A DNA stretch of 64,000 bases from Paraspadella gotoi (Eukaryota > Animalia > Chaetognatha), in assembly GCA_051294375.1 (NCBI GenBank), contig CM119263.1, positions 889,756-953,755 of the forward strand, given 5' to 3'. A program made the translations under genes and the position numbers. Of the stretch, positions 59,244 through 64,000 are shown in pieces. Positions within the stretch are counted from its first letter, which is position 1. Every line of letters begins with the position of its first letter. The notes beneath the pieces were generated by a model that did no database searches, was not told the origin of the DNA, and saw nothing but the letters and a program-made list of their open reading frames with translations.

Positions 59244-62039
59244 ATTCTTGACGTGCTCCATCCGTCAAATCCTGATATGACTAAAAAAATAAATATTTTC
59301 TTTTTTAATGGGGACAGTTATTCAAAATATTGAGCCCCTTAACCCTGTGAAGATTCTTACTTCCTTCACACGTCCCAGGATAGGCCAGTGGGAAATGAGC
59401 AGTTGTAAAGGGATCTTGCATAATCGGTTGGAAGGAGTTTTGACAGTTAATAAAAATCGTGGAAAGAAGATAAAAACCGCGAACAAGAAGACCGACTGGG
59501 AAGATAATGGAGGAGAATATAAGGAAAAGGAAAGGAAATAAAAAGGGAAAGGGAGGAAATAAAAGAAAAGGAATGGAGAGGAATTAAAAGAAAAGGATAT
59601 GAAATAAAAAAGGAAAGGGAGGAAATAAAAGAAAAGGAAATGATAGGAAATAAAAGAAAAGGAGAGGAAATAAAAGAAAAGGAAAGGAGAGGTAATAAAA
59701 GAAAAGGAGAGGAAATAAAAAAGGAAAGAAAGGAACTAAAAGAAAAAGAGGAGAGGAAATAAAAGAAAAAAGGAAAGGAAGGAAATTAAAAATGAAAGGA
59801 GAGGAAATAAAAGAAAAGGAAATTAGAGGAAATAAAAGAAAAGAATGGTTGACATCGCGCCTTCGTTAAAAGGGATGGAATAAAGGAGAAATTAAACAGA
59901 TTAGAAAGAAAGAATGAAATTAAAATGGAGTTTAATGATCCAGGAAAGAAGCACTTACAATTTATAATATCTTTATTTTAAAGTAGGAATTTGGTTAATA
60001 AAAAAAATATTTGTATTATTTTACGTTTAAAGTATTTAAATCAGTTACGGAAATTAAATTAAATTTCTTATTAAATCTTTTATTTAATCCTATTTTTTTT
60101 ATAAAGTATATAATTACTAAATTCTGTTTAAGTGTTTATGCTCTCAAGTTGACAGGCCGTTGTTGCGACATGAAAACCTGAAAATGCACTACTTATCAAC
60201 CGATTGTGCTAACAGAGTTTTTGACAGAGTCGCTGACGGAGTTGCTAACAAAGTTGCTGACAGAATCGAAGACAAAGTCGTTGACAAAGTTGCTGACAAA
60301 ACTAGGAAGTGGACCAAGGAAGCAGAAAAATTCCCCGGAACGTCCATGCTTCCGGAGAATCGTTTATTCCGAGGAGAGCGGATGCAGAGAAGAGAAAAGA
60401 GATGCGTTGTTGATGAAGAGGCTGCGGCTGGCGGCGGCGGCTGGCGGCGGCGGCTGACGGAGGCTGGCTGCGGAGGCGGGGCTTTCCAACGATGTTTGGA
60501 GATAAGGTGATGATAATAAGCAGAGGCTCTTACGACGTTGGGCTTCTATTAGGAGAATACGAGTCGAGAAAGACAGACGGATTGGAAAGAAGGGGGGGGG
60601 AAAGGAAAGGAAAAGGAAAGGAAGGAGAAAAGGGAGGAAAGAGGAGGAAAAGGAAAGTAAATGAGGAAAGAGGAGGAAAAGAAGGAGAAAGGAAAGGAAA
60701 TGAGGAAAGAAAAAGAAAATGAAGGAAGAATATATCTCAGGCGTGAAAAAAGGAAAAGAAAAGAAAAGAAAAGAAAAGAAAAGAAAAGAAAAGAAAAGAA
60801 AAGAAAAGAAAAGAAAAGAAAAGAAAAGAAAAGAAAAGAAAGAAAAGAAAAAAAAGAAAAGAAAAGAAAAGAAAAGAAAAGAAAAGAAAAGAAAAGAAAA
60901 GAAAAGAAAGTCAGATGAGGAAAGAAAAAAGAGAAAAAATGGGGCGATGAAATCGGAAGGAAGGCGAAGGATCCGCAAATACGAAGAGAAAAATAAATAA
61001 GAAGTAATATAAAGAGAATCGAAAAAAGTTGTTGAGTCAAGAGACGATCTTTTAGAGAGAAAGATTAATTCCAAATTAGTTAATATTTAAAACGAGCGAG
61101 TTTAAAAGGATTTGGTCGCGTTTTTCGTAGCGAGCATGATGTTAACTACGGGTGGAAAGAAGAATGCTTGTTGAAGGCAAGCAGGATACAAGCTGAGAGC
61201 AAGCAGGGAGCAATCTCAGGGTGAACAAGATTTGATAAAAGGCGAGAAGGATTTGAACAGAGGATGAAAAAGGAATCATCGAGCAAAACTCCAGGCAACC
61301 CAAACTCAAGGTCATACAAGGTCAAACTGGGGTCGAGTTTAGCACAAACTTGGGGTGAGGTTCACAGTGTGGGAACAATCACGCGTTCACGAGGGGACAA
61401 GTGAATCTTTATCGGTCACGCCCACTACGAGGGCGGAGGCCTCATTCGTCAACTTATTTATTTCACTTTCCTTTTCTTTTACTTGTCACATTTCGGGACT
61501 CTAAGAGATACGTCCGTCCGCACTTTGATCTGTCAGTCAATATGTAAAAGTGTCTACGTTTGTCTCTCAGATAAAGAAAGTATTAACAATAACAAAGTGG
61601 AAAAGAAAAAGAAATACTATATACTGATGCATGAACCTAGTGGCAAATAACAGGAAATATAACGTAGGTCGAACGTTAGAAAGAAAAAATTAATGAAAAG
61701 AGAAGGAGAAAAAGGAAGAAAGTAAAAAGTAACAAAGTTAATAAACACAAACTGTTGAATTAATTTCCTTCCCTTTAATACTTTGCCCGGCTTCCCCAAG
61801 ATTTCATTCTTTTTATCATTGTATCTTTTTATTTATTTTGTTTTTTTCGGTTCGATGTTATTCACAGAATTCTGTTCTCAAACTTTTCGCTGCCAATCAA
61901 ACTTGACCCATCGCCCCAACTTTCCATTTTCAGTCCGTCAAAAAATTAATCCCTAGCATCATAACCCATTTCTCTAACCTTTTTTGTTTTCGACCCCATT
62001 AACCCGACAATCCTTTTTTCTCGATTCCCTTCCAGTCAC

Positions 62040-62952
62040 CTTTAATCCTGAAATGCGACGACGATAAATCCAAGTCGCTTCTTCCTGCTTCGTCTTTCCC
62101 AGCGCCCCATGATCCCTCTTCGTCTTTCCCAGCGCCCCATGATCTTCTTCGTCTTTCCAGCGCCCATGATCCCTGCTTCCGTTCTTTTCCCAGCCCCCAT
62201 GATCCGTCCTTCGTTCCTTCCCAGCGCCCCATGATCTTGCTTCGTCTTTCCCAGCCGCCCCATGATCCCGTCCTCGTCTTTTCCCAGCGCCCCATGATAT
62301 TGCTTCGTCCTTCCAGCGCCCCATGTCCTTTCGTGTCTTTTCCCAGCGCCCCATATTTGCTTCGTCTTTCCAGCGCCCCATGATCTTGCTATCGTCTTCC
62401 ACAGCACCCATGATCTTGCTTCGTCTCTCCAGTGCCCGTGATCCCGCTTCGTCTTTCCCAGCACCCAATGATCTTGCTTCATCTTATCCAGTGCCCCATG
62501 ATGCCGCTTCGTCTTTTCCAGCAATCCATGCTCCCGCTTCCTTTTTCCCGGCAACCCATGGATTTTCTTCGTCTTTCCCCACGCTCAATGATCCCGTATC
62601 ATCTTTCCCGGCGCCCCATGATCCCGCGTCGTTTTTCCACGGCCAGATAACGTCGTTTCCTTTACTCCACGGCCGAGAATCATTTACTATCTTCGGGCCC
62701 CGAGGTTCGGCAGAGAATTTTCGGTCGCCCCATGGATCAAAAATGTGCTCGCTACTCCTGCATACATCAGCGACGTTCTTTTCAACGCACCACGTCAAGA
62801 CGTCTCCATTTTTCCCTCTTTCGGCCCCGTAATTTACGACGTCGCGATTTACGGCGCTCCTCACGGCGTCCCAATTTTCGGCGCCGCGCCGCCCGCCGCA
62901 GGGGTTTTCCGAGCTACAATTTTCGTCGCGCCCCGCGGGCGCCCAGTCGGGG

Positions 62953-62988
<36 letters not shown>
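62040..62988 (-). CDS. Putative upstream exon with ~20 x 10-aa repeats (GKDEA(G/R)SWGA); probably the N-terminal part of the IRAG-like gene; truncated by an N-gap, with frameshifts in the repeat
   Basis: GC-rich open frame (PPPPDWAPAGRDENC…) running into a ~30-bp repeat; ends ATT AAA G|GTGAC (phase 1), matching the phase-1 acceptor at 57696. Unit-length indels and one TAA are present. Confidence 0.45.
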
Positions 62989-63755
62989 NNNNNNNNNNNN
63001 NNNNNNNNNNNNNNNNNNNNNNNNNNNNNNNNNNNNNNNNNNNNNNNNNNNNNNNNNNNNNNNNNNNNNNNNNNNNNNNNNNNNNNNNNNNNNNNNNNNN
63101 NNNNNNNNNNNNNNNNNNNNNNNNNNNNNNNNNNNNNNNNNNNNNNNNNNNNNNNNNNNNNNNNNNNNNNNNNNNNNGACGAGATTGGAGGGAGGAACGG
63201 AGGAGGTGGGAGGGAGGAGTGAAGAAGAGAGAGAGGGGGAGAGGGAGGAAAGGGAGGAAAAGGAAAGAGAGGATAAANNNNNNNNNNNNNNNNNNNNNNN
63301 NNNNNNNNNNNNNNNNNNNNNNNNNNNNNNNNNNNNNNNNNNNNNNNNNNNNNNNNNNNNNNNNNNNNNNNNNNNNNNNNNNNNNNNNNNNNNNNNNNNN
63401 NNNNNNNNNNNNNNNNNNNNNNNNNNNNNNNNNNNNNNNNNNNNNNNNNNNNNNNNNNNNNNNNNNNNNNNNNNNNNNNNNNNNNNNNNNNNNNNNNNNN
63501 NNNNNNNNNNNNNNNNNNNNNNNNNNNNNNNNNNNNNNNNNNNNNNNNNNNNNNNNNNNNNNNNNNNNNNNNNNNNNNNNNNNNNNNNNNNNNNNNGGAA
63601 GGAAGAGAGGAAAGAAAAGAAGAGGAGCAAAAGAGGCGAAAAGTAAATGGTGAAAGAAGGAAAGTGAAGGAGGAAAGGTGAAGGAAAAAGAAAAGAAAAG
63701 AAAAGAAAAGAAAAGAAAAGAAAAGAAAAGAAAAGAAAAGAAAAGAAAAGAAAAG

Positions 63756-63786
<31 letters not shown>

Positions 63787-64000
63787 GAAAAGGAAGAAGA
63801 AAAGAAAAAGAAAAGAAAAGAAAAAAGAAAAGAAAATAAAGAGATACTCAAGTATTTAACGATGAGAAGCGGATTTGAGTGGAGTGAGGGAATTAAACAG
63901 CAGGAAGAGCAGGAGCAGCAGGAGGAGCAGGAGCAATCACATATCAAGAGGAGCGATGGTAATTTTAAAGAAGAATCGTGGACATCGAATGAGAAGCGAA

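Noticed and set aside
60160-60510. GC-rich ORF/exon candidate
   Set aside because: No recognisable domain or convincing splice sites, and not needed for the in-frame IRAG model.

Overview
Invertebrate animal (eukaryotic) genomic DNA with AT-rich, microsatellite-laden introns and short GC-rich exons; most ORF-track entries are microsatellite artefacts. Manual splicing, with exon phases checked, gives four genes. (1) A + strand MSP-domain (VAP/MOSPD2-like) membrane protein, 11 exons, 3096-11690, about 494 aa. (2) A very large - strand IRAG/MRVI1/LRMP-family gene, at least 23 exons from 57696 to 12937, probably extending to a WG-repeat exon at 62040-62988. (3, 4) Two + strand FMRFamide-receptor-like class A GPCR genes lying wholly inside the 15.5-kb intron that splits the IRAG coiled coil. 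The most striking observation is that GPCR2 has an ~360-aa mucin-like third extracellular loop carrying an amidation/convertase signal (…LWEFLNPDL-G-KRRRRRKR) and a second furin-type site. GPCR1 appears to need a non-canonical GA splice donor. Several tandem repeats are seeded exactly on splice sites, including 13 intronic copies of a potential in-frame 39-nt microexon. Mobile DNA includes a tyrosine-recombinase relic, a Penelope-like RT relic, tRNA-derived SINE-like copies, DINE-1/HINE-like elements and a MITE-like family with telomere-like internal repeats. A ~3.7-kb tandem duplication near N-gaps is probably an assembly artefact. All family assignments rest on motif recognition by eye, not database searches.
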